DNA of 64,000 nt from an uncultured Pelagibacteraceae bacterium (GTDB taxonomy: Bacteria > Pseudomonadota > Alphaproteobacteria > Pelagibacterales > Pelagibacteraceae): the NCBI GenBank assembly GCA_902540275.1, contig CACBMB010000008.1, forward strand, positions 9,623-73,622, written 5' to 3'. The position numbers and the translations under genes were made by a program. The notes beneath the pieces were generated by a model that saw only the letters and a list, made by a program, of their open reading frames with translations, searched no databases and was not told where the DNA came from. Below are positions 1-8,916 of this stretch, one piece after another. Within the stretch, counting starts at the first letter, position 1; each line of letters starts with the position of its first letter.

Positions 1-2594
1 ATCAACATTTCATTACTTGTTTCTTTAATTTCCTCAGATTTCCCTTTCCAAGTAATTTGATTTTTTGGAGCGAGGATTGCCATCTCTTTTTCAAAAAATT
101 TTATTGCTTCAGTTAAAGTATAGTTTTCACTTATATTTGCAGAAATCGTTATTGCTCTTTGTCTATTATATCTAGCCAACTCCTTAGCTGAACCCTCTTC
201 TTTAAAACTTATCAAATTAGCTAATGAAATGAGTTTACCACTAGTTTCTGATCGTACAAAAATTTTTGAAATTCCTTCTTTATTTCTTCTATCTGACAGA
301 TATTGTTGAACAACTATTGGATATTCTTTACCCAACCTATTGAAGGTCGTAATTTTCTTACCACCATAGAGAGTTTCGATAGTTTCACCTATAGATTTAG
401 TAGATATTCCAAGATCTTTAGCCTTATTTTTATTTATTATTAATTTAACCTCAGGTTTGTTTCGATTGTAATCTGATTCTACTCTCGAAAGATTTTTGTT
501 TGATCTGATTCTTTGAATTACTTTTTTTTGAATTTCTTCAAGTTCCTCATATGTATTTCCATAAATCACCATTTGAACTGGTTTATTGTAATTTGATACT
601 CTTATTGATTGAGGAGATATTGGAAACGCTAAGGCTTGAGGCAAAGTAACAATTTTACCTATAGCCTCTCTTAAAACAACTTGTTGCCCTTTACTTCTAT
701 TTTTCCAGTCATCTAAAAGGGCAATTATTATAAAACTATTGTAGGAATTAGCAGAACTTCCAAAGCCAGGTACTCTCATTATAAATCTCGAATAAGGACT
801 ATCCTCTGCTTGTAAAAGAGGTATCAATCTTGCTTCAACTTTTTGAGCTTGTTCTTGCGTATATTCAAAAGAACTTCCTTCATCTGTCGCTCCAATAATT
901 AAATATGCACCACGATCTTCTAAAGGTAATAATTCTTTTTTCGAAAAACTAAATAAAAATACAGATATGGCAATAATAAAAAAAATGAAAAAAATTACTG
1001 CCCTAGTTTTATGTATTACTATGCTTAACGTCTCTTTATAAAAATTAGCAAAAATTAAAAAAATTTTTTCGAATTTTTCTATTAGGCTTTTCTTAGATGA
1101 TGTTTTGTTCAAAAATTTACTTGCTAGCATTGGCGACAGGGTAAGGGCAACAAATGAAGATACTACAATAGAAAATGATAATGCAATTGCTGTTTCTCTG
1201 AATAAAGTTCCTGAAATTCCTTCAATAAAAATTAATGGTAGAAAAACTGCAATTAAAATTAAGGTAGTTGCAATAATTGCAAATGAAATTTGTTTTGATC
1301 CCTTGTATGCAGCAACTAGAGGTTTTTCACCATTTTCTATCCTTCTGTATATTGCATCGGTCATTATTACTGAGTCGTCTGTAATTATTCCAATAGCTAA
1401 AATAAAACTTAAAAGAACAAAAATATTTATTGATAGTCCAAATATATAAAGACCCAAAAATGATGCTATTAAACTTACAGGAAGAGCTATTGCTGGTACA
1501 ATAACTGCTTTAAGATTCCCTAAAAATAAATAAATTATCAAAACAACCAATATAAAAGCAATTATTAAAGTTTTATAGACTTCTTCTATTGCAGCTTCAA
1601 CATAGTTTGCCCTATTGAAAGAGACTCTTAAATCTAATTCTTCAGGTAAAGTTTTTCTGACTTCAATTAATCTTTTCTTGATATCATTTGAAAGCTCGAC
1701 AGTTGAGGCGCCACTTCTTGCATAAATTCCAATTCCAACAGTTCTTAAATTTATTTGATCTTTTGTTTGTGCTTTAAAAAGAGTTTTTTCAGAGACTGGA
1801 CCGAATTCAACATTTGCAACATCGGATAGTAATATAACTTTATTTTTAGTTTTTTTAATTGGTAACTGTTTAATTGTTTCTATATCATTATACGATTTAT
1901 CTAGATTAAGCGTTAGATCGATATTATCTGCTTCGAGTGTCCCTGCTGGAAGACTTATATTTTCTCCAAGCATAGCAAGTTCTACTTCTTTGATAGTTAA
2001 ATCATTAGCGGCAAGTTTAATTGGATCAATCCAAACTCTTATACTTAATTCTCTTAGTCCTCCAACTAATATACGACCAACATTTTTAATACTTGAAAAT
2101 TGATCAATTAAATATCTTTCAGCATAATCACCTAACTCAAGGTCACTCCAAGTGGAAGAAGATAGAGATAACCACATAGTGGTTGTAAAACCAGCTGCTC
2201 TTTTTAATATTTGAGGAGGATCAGATTCAGATGGTAAATTATCTACTACCCTGGCGACTCTTTCTCTTATGTCGTTGGCAGCATTATCTAAGTTAATACT
2301 AGTATCAAATTCAACATTAATTGTGCTTCTTCCATTTTCAGATTTGGAGTCGATATTTTTTATGCCTTCAGCACCCCCAATAACATCTTCAACAACTTGA
2401 GTCACCTCTTGGTCTACTATTGATGCTGCGGCAGATTTATAGTTTACTTGAACTTGAACAACAGGTGGCTGTATTCCATCTGGTAGTTCTCTAACAGGTA
2501 ATTTCCAAAAAACAAATAAACCAAAAATTATTAAAATTAGAGACATTACCCAAGAGACTGTTGGTCTTTTAATGCTTAATTCAGTAATAAACAT
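1..2594 (-). CDS. RND (AcrB/HAE1-like) efflux permease, first ~864 codons; 3' end runs off the window
   Basis: Absent from the ORF track because no stop lies in the window. Hand translation of the minus strand from ATG 2594-2592 gives MFITELSIKRPTVSWVMSLILIIFGLFVFWKLPVRELPDG..., open to position 1. It contains AcrB-like stretches (AIGIITDDSVIM; GTLFRETAIALSFSIVVSSFVALTLSPMLAS). The ATG directly abuts the adaptor gene stop. Confidence 0.85.
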   Translation of the reverse strand, partial: MFITELSIKRPTVSWVMSLILIIFGLFVFWKLPVRELPDGIQPPVVQVQVNYKSAAASIVDQEVTQVVEDVIGGAEGIKNIDSKSENGRSTINVEFDTSINLDNAANDIRERVARVVDNLPSESDPPQILKRAAGFTTTMWLSLSSSTWSDLELGDYAERYLIDQFSSIKNVGRILVGGLRELSIRVWIDPIKLAANDLTIKEVELAMLGENISLPAGTLEADNIDLTLNLDKSYNDIETIKQLPIKKTKNKVILLSDVANVEFGPVSEKTLFKAQTKDQINLRTVGIGIYARSGASTVELSNDIKKRLIEVRKTLPEELDLRVSFNRANYVEAAIEEVYKTLIIAFILVVLIIYLFLGNLKAVIVPAIALPVSLIASFLGLYIFGLSINIFVLLSFILAIGIITDDSVIMTDAIYRRIENGEKPLVAAYKGSKQISFAIIATTLILIAVFLPLIFIEGISGTLFRETAIALSFSIVVSSFVALTLSPMLASKFLNKTSSKKSLIEKFEKIFLIFANFYKETLSIVIHKTRAVIFFIFFIIAISVFLFSFSKKELLPLEDRGAYLIIGATDEGSSFEYTQEQAQKVEARLIPLLQAEDSPYSRFIMRVPGFGSSANSYNSFIIIALLDDWKNRSKGQQVVLREAIGKIVTLPQALAFPISPQSIRVSNYNKPVQMVIYGNTYEELEEIQKKVIQRIRSNKNLSRVESDYNRNKPEVKLIINKNKAKDLGISTKSIGETIETLYGGKKITTFNRLGKEYPIVVQQYLSDRRNKEGISKIFVRSETSGKLISLANLISFKEEGSAKELARYNRQRAITISANISENYTLTEAIKFFEKEMAILAPKNQITWKGKSEEIKETSNEML

Positions 2595-3470
2595 TTATTT
2601 TTTAATTGGTTTTATTTTGCCATTAGGTCTCACTTTTTTTAAACCTTCAGCAACAACAATATCTTGTAGGTTTAATCCAGAGATTATTTCAATATTTTTA
2701 TCATCTCTAAGACCAGTTTTAACCTCAGTTTTTAAGGCAAGATTTTCATCATTAATTTTATACACAAAGGATTTTTCACCTTCTATCATTACGCTTGTGT
2801 CAGGAACACTCAAAGAGTTTCTTAAATTGAATTTAACGCTTACCTCTAATAATGACCCTGAAATCATATCTTGTTGTTGATTTTCAACTTTTATTCTAGA
2901 TAATAAACTTCTAGTATCAGCATTAATTCTACTTGAAACAAAATCCACCTCACCTTGAAAAAATTTATTTTTGTGGCTTGATATTTTAATTTCAACTGGG
3001 AGCCCTTTTTTTATAAACGCAGAGTAATTTTCAGGTATTTTTATGTCAGAATAAATAACAGAGTTATCGTCGAGTGTAATAATGAAAATATTATCAGATA
3101 CTAAAATATCTTCTGTTATGCCTGTATAACCTAGAACACCTGAGAATGGGGCAATTATATCTCCACTTTTTAACTTAATTAGAACTTCACCTTTTTTAAT
3201 ATTACTTTTAAGTTTTAAATCCTCCAGAAGATCACTTTTTTTTATTTTAAAACTTTTAGATTTATTTGAAATGGCGGTACCAAAAGTTTCAATTTTATTT
3301 GAAAATTCTTTATTAACAACTTCGGTTACTATTATTCCTGGAGGCGGCTGTTTACTAAATTTTTTTTTGAAATGATTTCCAATCATTGTTCGACCAATAA
3401 TCACTATTGCAATTATTAAAAAAAAGGTGGTAATTATGTAAATTGTTTTTGTTGATCTTTTCATTTTCAA
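2595..3470 (-). CDS. RND efflux periplasmic adaptor (membrane fusion protein, HlyD/AcrA family)
   Basis: 291 aa with an N-terminal anchor helix (IYIITTFFLIIAIVIIG) and beta-rich adaptor-like sequence. Its stop abuts the RND pump start. Confidence 0.75.
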   Translation of the reverse strand: MKMKRSTKTIYIITTFFLIIAIVIIGRTMIGNHFKKKFSKQPPPGIIVTEVVNKEFSNKIETFGTAISNKSKSFKIKKSDLLEDLKLKSNIKKGEVLIKLKSGDIIAPFSGVLGYTGITEDILVSDNIFIITLDDNSVIYSDIKIPENYSAFIKKGLPVEIKISSHKNKFFQGEVDFVSSRINADTRSLLSRIKVENQQQDMISGSLLEVSVKFNLRNSLSVPDTSVMIEGEKSFVYKINDENLALKTEVKTGLRDDKNIEIISGLNLQDIVVAEGLKKVRPNGKIKPIKK

Positions 3471-3471
3471 T

Positions 3472-4287
3472 TCAAATTATGCCGTATTCAGCCCAGGAGC
3501 CATCATAAATACAGGGTTGATATTTATCATTTATTAAAGAATAAGCTAGTGCCAAAACACACGCAGTAACTCCAGATCCACATGAAAAAACAATATCTTT
3601 TTCATTTAAATCTTTTATGAATGGTTTAAATACATTTTTAAGTTCATCTTTATTTTTAAAAGTTTTATCTTTGTTAAGACAATGATTAAAAGGAATACAA
3701 AAAGAATTTTTTATAGATCCACTTCTCAAACCTTTTCTGGGCTCAGGTACTTTCCCTTCAAATCTTTCTTTACTCCTACCATCAATAACTTTGAATTTCT
3801 GAGATTTAATATTTTCTTCAATTGAAATTTTGTTTTTAACAAGTTCTTTTTTTTCATTACTTTTGTAATCTGAAATTTTAACTTTGGGAATATCATTAGT
3901 AACATTTCTATTTTCATTGATCCACTTCTTCAAACCTCCATTTAGTATATGAACTAAATTAGGATTATGTCCAAAATAAATAAAATTAAACCAACAACGA
4001 CAGGAACTTACTACATCCGAGTTATCATAAATTATGATTTTATCTGATTGGTTAATTCCCATTTGTGAAACTATTTTTTCCCAATTATTCTTATCTGTAA
4101 GCATATGAGGAAGGGCTGTATTTTTTTGGGAATTTTTATCTAGATCAAAAAATAAAGAACCAGAAATATGTTCCTTAATATATTCTTCATATCCATTTCT
4201 TTTCGTTTGAGGCATATGCCAGGAACAATCAATTATTTTTACATCATTGAAATTTTTTTCTAACCATTCTGTTTCAACTAATGACAT
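3472..4287 (-). CDS. sseA: 3-mercaptopyruvate/thiosulfate sulfurtransferase (tandem rhodanese)
   Basis: 271 aa. N-terminus LVETEWLEKN..VKIIDCSWHMP and active-site loop FSCGSGVTACV are typical of SseA-type rhodaneses. Confidence 0.8.
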   Translation of the reverse strand: MSLVETEWLEKNFNDVKIIDCSWHMPQTKRNGYEEYIKEHISGSLFFDLDKNSQKNTALPHMLTDKNNWEKIVSQMGINQSDKIIIYDNSDVVSSCRCWFNFIYFGHNPNLVHILNGGLKKWINENRNVTNDIPKVKISDYKSNEKKELVKNKISIEENIKSQKFKVIDGRSKERFEGKVPEPRKGLRSGSIKNSFCIPFNHCLNKDKTFKNKDELKNVFKPFIKDLNEKDIVFSCGSGVTACVLALAYSLINDKYQPCIYDGSWAEYGII

Positions 4288-4731
4288 TTATCTTTTTTCT
4301 AAATATTTTTGATGATATTCCTCAGCTGGACAATAATTTTTAATTAATGAAATTTTAGTGACAACTTTCCCAGATAATCTCTCATTAGTATCCTTCAAAA
4401 TTTTTTCAGCTGTTTTTTTTTGATTATCATTTAAATAAAATATTTCACTTCTATATTGAGTTCCAAAATCTGGCCCTTGAGAATTTAAAGTAGTAGGATC
4501 ATGAATTTGAAAAAAAATTTTTAAAATTTTTTCATAAGTTATAATTTTTTCATCAAAATCAAGTTTAACTACCTCAGCATGATTAGTATTACCAGTGCAT
4601 ACTTCTTTATACGTTACTTTTGGACTTTCACCTCCACAGTATCCAACTTCTGTTTTTATGATCCCTTCAATTTTGCTAAACTTTATTTCAGGTCCCCAAA
4701 AACATCCAAGAGCTAAAACTGCTATTTCCAT
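4288..4731 (-). CDS. msrA: peptide methionine-S-sulfoxide reductase
   Basis: GCFWGPE active-site motif plus YHQKYL near the C-terminus. The stop directly abuts the sseA ATG. Confidence 0.9.
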   Translation of the reverse strand: MEIAVLALGCFWGPEIKFSKIEGIIKTEVGYCGGESPKVTYKEVCTGNTNHAEVVKLDFDEKIITYEKILKIFFQIHDPTTLNSQGPDFGTQYRSEIFYLNDNQKKTAEKILKDTNERLSGKVVTKISLIKNYCPAEEYHQKYLEKR

Positions 4732-4766
4732 TGATTATAACTTAAATTAATTTACAAATTATTCAT

Positions 4767-5651
4767 ATGCTAAGTAAAAATCAATTAGGATTTTTGTACA
4801 TGTTTTTGTCTATTTGTGCATTTTCAATAATGGATGTGATTGTAAAATGGTCTGTAGATTATCCAATTGGACAAGTGCTTTTTTTTAGGGGCTTTTTTGG
4901 AATTGTGTTTTATTTTTTTATTATACCAAAAAATAGATTACATGATTTTTATATTACGAAAAGAGCTGGCTTACATTTTTTAAGATGTTTTTCGGGTTTA
5001 ATAGCCTTAGTTGCCATATTTATTGCTTTAAGAAGTTTACCACTGGCAACAGTGGTAAGTATTTCTTTTGCAGCACCAATTTTCACTACGATTTTTTCAA
5101 TTTTTTTATTGAGTGAGAGAGTTGGAATATATAGATGGTTAGCAGTGATTATAGGATTTATTGGTATTTTGATTATTACAGAGCCAGGTATTACCAATCT
5201 AAATATTTATTATATTTTTCCAATTATTTTTTGTTTAGGTCTTTCTTATGTTGCTATAACAATAAGACAATTGTCTACATCCGAACCAGTTTGGTTAATT
5301 TCATTTTACTTTTCTTTGTCAATAACTCTTCTGAGTTTTTTTACTATTCCACAGGGATGGATAATGCCAGATTTTAAAGACTTTGTAATTTTATCAATGA
5401 TAGGAATTTTTGGTGGTGTTGCTAATTTATGGTTATCTCAATCATATAAATATTCAGAGGTTTCTTTAGTTACTCCTTTAAAATATTTAGCTTTAGTATT
5501 TGCGATTATATTTGGGTATTTTATTTGGAATGAAATCCCAACAATCAAAACATTAATAGGGGCATTATTAGTAATTGTTTCTACAATGATTATCTTCAGA
5601 AGAGAGATTTATAACAAGAACATTATTACTTCAAAAACTGTCAATGACTAA
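4767..5651 (+). CDS. EamA/DMT-family permease
   Basis: 294 aa, about 10 predicted TM helices arranged as two EamA-like halves. Confidence 0.7.
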   Translation: MLSKNQLGFLYMFLSICAFSIMDVIVKWSVDYPIGQVLFFRGFFGIVFYFFIIPKNRLHDFYITKRAGLHFLRCFSGLIALVAIFIALRSLPLATVVSISFAAPIFTTIFSIFLLSERVGIYRWLAVIIGFIGILIITEPGITNLNIYYIFPIIFCLGLSYVAITIRQLSTSEPVWLISFYFSLSITLLSFFTIPQGWIMPDFKDFVILSMIGIFGGVANLWLSQSYKYSEVSLVTPLKYLALVFAIIFGYFIWNEIPTIKTLIGALLVIVSTMIIFRREIYNKNIITSKTVND

Positions 5652-6279
5652 AGTCCCCAAATATTGGAATAAAGCTAAATTGCATCTTTCAAAAAAAGAT
5701 AAAATAATGAAGAATTTGATTTTAAAATATAAATCTCCATCTGAAAAAATTTTAACAACTCGAAAAGATATTTTTTATTCATTGTGTAAAAGTATTATTG
5801 GCCAACAAATCAGCGTAGCAGCTGCAGATTCAGTTTTTAAAAGGTTTAAATTATTATGCAAAAATAAGATTAATTCAAAAGTAGTTATAAAAATTAAGAA
5901 TTCTAATTTAAAAAAGTGTGGCTTAAGTAAACAAAAAGTAAACGGAATAAAGAATTTAGCACTACAAATTTCAAATAATACTTTCAATCCTAAATTGATT
6001 AATAAAATGGATGATGAAGAGGCTATTTTATATCTATCGAATTTAAAACAAATAGGCAGATGGTCAGCTGAAATGATTTTACTTTTTACTTACAATAGAC
6101 CAAATATTTGGCCTATCCAGGATATAGGTCTTTTAAGGGCAATATCTAAAAATTATAAAAAAAAGTATTTACCCCCTGAAAAATTTGTTGAAATATTAAA
6201 AAAAAGGTTTTCACCTTATTGCTCAGTAGCTACATGGTATTTGTGGAGAAGTATAGATCCAGAGCCTATTCAGTACTAA
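5644..6279 (+). CDS. HhH-GPD base-excision glycosylase (3-methyladenine DNA glycosylase II-like)
   Basis: IIGQQISVAAA, helix-hairpin-helix LKQIGRWSAEMILLF and catalytic-Asp context WPIQDIGL. Confidence 0.7.
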   Translation: MTKVPKYWNKAKLHLSKKDKIMKNLILKYKSPSEKILTTRKDIFYSLCKSIIGQQISVAAADSVFKRFKLLCKNKINSKVVIKIKNSNLKKCGLSKQKVNGIKNLALQISNNTFNPKLINKMDDEEAILYLSNLKQIGRWSAEMILLFTYNRPNIWPIQDIGLLRAISKNYKKKYLPPEKFVEILKKRFSPYCSVATWYLWRSIDPEPIQY

Positions 6280-6565
6280 ATCCTTCAACTACCTGCATAT
6301 GTCTCCTGGTTGTGTCTTTAGCAAGATCCCAACCTGCCTGATATGCCTCTGATTTTTGACATTCAATAGCTTTTTCATAACTTGGAAATTCCCATACAAC
6401 AGTTCTAATAAAATTATCTCCCTCAAAGTTTTGATAATTACCACCTCTTATTAAGGGTTTTCCACCAAAACTTTTAATTATTGGCGTGACAGTTTCTGCA
6501 TATCTTTTTAAATTTTCTTGATTATCTATTTTAAAATATAAACTGATCCAATATCCTTTTTTCAT
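6266..6565 (-). CDS. DUF1330-family small protein
   Basis: 99 aa with a dimeric alpha/beta-barrel-like pattern (GG..L.RGG......G.......V..EFPS...A..........Y). Family call is from memory. Confidence 0.55.
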   Translation of the reverse strand: MKKGYWISLYFKIDNQENLKRYAETVTPIIKSFGGKPLIRGGNYQNFEGDNFIRTVVWEFPSYEKAIECQKSEAYQAGWDLAKDTTRRHMQVVEGFSTE

Positions 6566-6569
6566 AATT

Positions 6570-7064
6570 CTATTTTAATATTTCTTCTAATCTAATTGAA
6601 GCAATTTTTTTAACTTGAAGTTTTGCTTCTTCAAATTCAATAATATAATTATTTTTAATTCTTTCTTTAAAATTTTTAAGAACTTCAATTTTTGTTTTAC
6701 CTTTTACGGCGATAATAAAGGGAAATCCAAATTTTTCTTGATAATCTAAATTAAGTTTCTCAAATTCCATTAATTCCTCTTTTGTACATGAATTTAATTT
6801 TGCATCAGCTTGTTCTTTGGATGAAAAGGATGTTAGTTTTTTTTCAATAGCTAATTGAGGATGTAAATTAAAGATATTGATTATTTTTTTATCAGGGCTT
6901 TTGTCATATATATTCATCATTTTTACAATTAAATCATTTGAGTCTTTAAAGGGTTTTAGGTTAAAAGCTTCATCTGCGATCCATTCTGACTTTTCAAATA
7001 TATTTCCAAAAATTGATAAGAATTCTTTTTTTGGCAATAGATTTATATCTTCAGCTAATTTCAT
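6570..7064 (-). CDS. uraD: 2-oxo-4-hydroxy-4-carboxy-5-ureidoimidazoline (OHCU) decarboxylase
   Basis: 164 aa with the NLHPQLA and FGFPFIIAVKGKTK motifs characteristic of OHCU decarboxylases. Divergent from the HIU hydrolase gene. Confidence 0.75.
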   Translation of the reverse strand: MKLAEDINLLPKKEFLSIFGNIFEKSEWIADEAFNLKPFKDSNDLIVKMMNIYDKSPDKKIINIFNLHPQLAIEKKLTSFSSKEQADAKLNSCTKEELMEFEKLNLDYQEKFGFPFIIAVKGKTKIEVLKNFKERIKNNYIIEFEEAKLQVKKIASIRLEEILK

Positions 7065-7129
7065 TAGTGTTCAATTATAAGATTTAATATATTTATTATG
7101 AAATTTTTGTATAGTATATACCTAATTGT

Positions 7130-7480
7130 ATGACTAAACTTACAACACACGTTCTCGATATTTATTCTGGAAAACCAGGAAAAGGGATAAAGGTAGATTT
7201 GTATTCTATCTCTGGAGAAAATAAAAAGAAGCTTAAAAGTGTTATTTTGAATAATGATGGTCGCTCTGACGAACCTTTAGCAGAAAAAGATGAATTTAAA
7301 GTAGGTAAATACGAACTTATATTTTTTGTTGGGGAATATTTTAAAAATATAACAAATAGAAATGATTTAAAATTTTTAGATGATGTAGTTATAAGATTTG
7401 GAATCTCAGATAATAAAGAGCATTACCATGTTCCATTATTAGTTTCCCCTTGGAGTTATTCAACGTATAGAGGAAGCTAA
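7130..7480 (+). CDS. uraH: 5-hydroxyisourate hydrolase (transthyretin-like)
   Basis: LTTHVLD start, HYHVPLLVSPWSYSTYRGS C-terminus (diagnostic YRGS tail). Confidence 0.9.
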   Translation: MTKLTTHVLDIYSGKPGKGIKVDLYSISGENKKKLKSVILNNDGRSDEPLAEKDEFKVGKYELIFFVGEYFKNITNRNDLKFLDDVVIRFGISDNKEHYHVPLLVSPWSYSTYRGS

Positions 7481-8916
7481 TGGTTTCCGATACAATCCAA
7501 TTTTTATTAAATGATAAAATTTATAAAATAAGAAATCCTGATCCTAATAAAACAATTTTAAATTATGTTCGTAATGATCTAAAAAAAACTGGTACAAAGG
7601 AAGGCTGTGCTGAAGGTGGCTGTGGAGCTTGTACAGTTGTGCTCGGTGAATTAAATTATAACAAAGTAATTTACAAATCTATTAATGCTTGCATAAGTTT
7701 TTTACCAATTTTAAATGGTAAACAATTAATTTTAATAGAGGATTTAGTTTATAAAAATAAGCCTCATATAGTTCAGGAAGCTTTAATTAAATTTCATGGA
7801 TCGCAATGTGGATTTTGTACCCCAGGTTTTACGATGTCATTATTTTCAATGCGAAAAAATTATAAATCAATAAATAATGAAATTATTGAAGAAGCTTTAT
7901 CTGGAAATTTATGCAGGTGCACAGGTTATAGACCAATAATTGATGCTGCAAAAAGTTTAAAAAATAAAAAAGATCAAGATCACTTTAAAAAAAATCAAAA
8001 TAAAACTATTCACTTATTAAAAAAAATTAAAAATATTGATATTGAAATCAATCATCATGGTAAAAAATACTTTGCTCCAAAAACAATTTTAAATTTAAGG
8101 AGAATATTAAAAAAATATCCTAATTCAAAAATCTTAAGTGGAGGAACTGATCTATCTCTTGAAGTAACTAAATTTAGAAAAGATATTAAAACAATTATTT
8201 CGTTAAATTCTGTTAAAAAACTAAATTTTATTAAGAAAAACAAAAAATTAGTGGAAATTGGAGCCACATCATCTCTTTTTGAATTTCAAAATCTTATCAA
8301 AAAATATTTTTTAGATTTTTATAATGTTCTTAAAAGATATGGGTCAGTCCAAATCAGAAATGTAGGAACAATAGCAGGAAATATAGCCACTGCTTCTCCC
8401 ATTGGAGATACGCTTCCTTTATTATTATCATTAGATGCAAAAGTTGTTATTCAAGGAACAAACAAAAAAAAAACCTTACCCTTAAACCAATTTTTTATAT
8501 CTTATAGAAAAACAAAATTAAAAAAAGGTGAATTCATCTATTCAATAAAAATACCTTTAAATAAAAAAAATATATTTAAAGCTTATAAAATTTCTAAAAG
8601 ATTTGATGACGATATTTCATCTGTGTGTGGGTCATTCAGTTTTTTTATAAAAAAAAATATAATTACAAAAGCTTCAATAGCATATGGGGGTATGTCTGAA
8701 ATACCAAAAAGAGCATTAACAATAGAGAAAGATTTAATAAATTCTGAATTTTCTGAAAATACATTTAGTAGAGCGGCTAACCTTATTGATAAAGATTTTT
8801 CTCCATTAGATGACATGCGAGCTAGTAGAAATTACAGATTAACAGTTGCAAAAAATTTATTATTAAAAGCTTTTTACGAAATTAAAGATAAAAAAAATAT
8901 TAGGATACACTCATGA
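7480..8916 (+). CDS. xdhA: xanthine dehydrogenase small subunit (2x[2Fe-2S] + FAD domain)
   Basis: CAEGGCGACTV, CGFCTPGF, CRCTGYRPI and the FAD-domain motif ILSGGTDLSLEV. Confidence 0.85.
   Translation: MVSDTIQFLLNDKIYKIRNPDPNKTILNYVRNDLKKTGTKEGCAEGGCGACTVVLGELNYNKVIYKSINACISFLPILNGKQLILIEDLVYKNKPHIVQEALIKFHGSQCGFCTPGFTMSLFSMRKNYKSINNEIIEEALSGNLCRCTGYRPIIDAAKSLKNKKDQDHFKKNQNKTIHLLKKIKNIDIEINHHGKKYFAPKTILNLRRILKKYPNSKILSGGTDLSLEVTKFRKDIKTIISLNSVKKLNFIKKNKKLVEIGATSSLFEFQNLIKKYFLDFYNVLKRYGSVQIRNVGTIAGNIATASPIGDTLPLLLSLDAKVVIQGTNKKKTLPLNQFFISYRKTKLKKGEFIYSIKIPLNKKNIFKAYKISKRFDDDISSVCGSFSFFIKKNIITKASIAYGGMSEIPKRALTIEKDLINSEFSENTFSRAANLIDKDFSPLDDMRASRNYRLTVAKNLLLKAFYEIKDKKNIRIHS

Noticed and set aside
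1105-2880. Plus-strand ORFs 1105..1449 and 2572..2880 from the ORF track.
   Set aside because: They lie antisense to the hand-translated RND pump and adaptor genes and have low-complexity, hydrophobic antisense-type composition.
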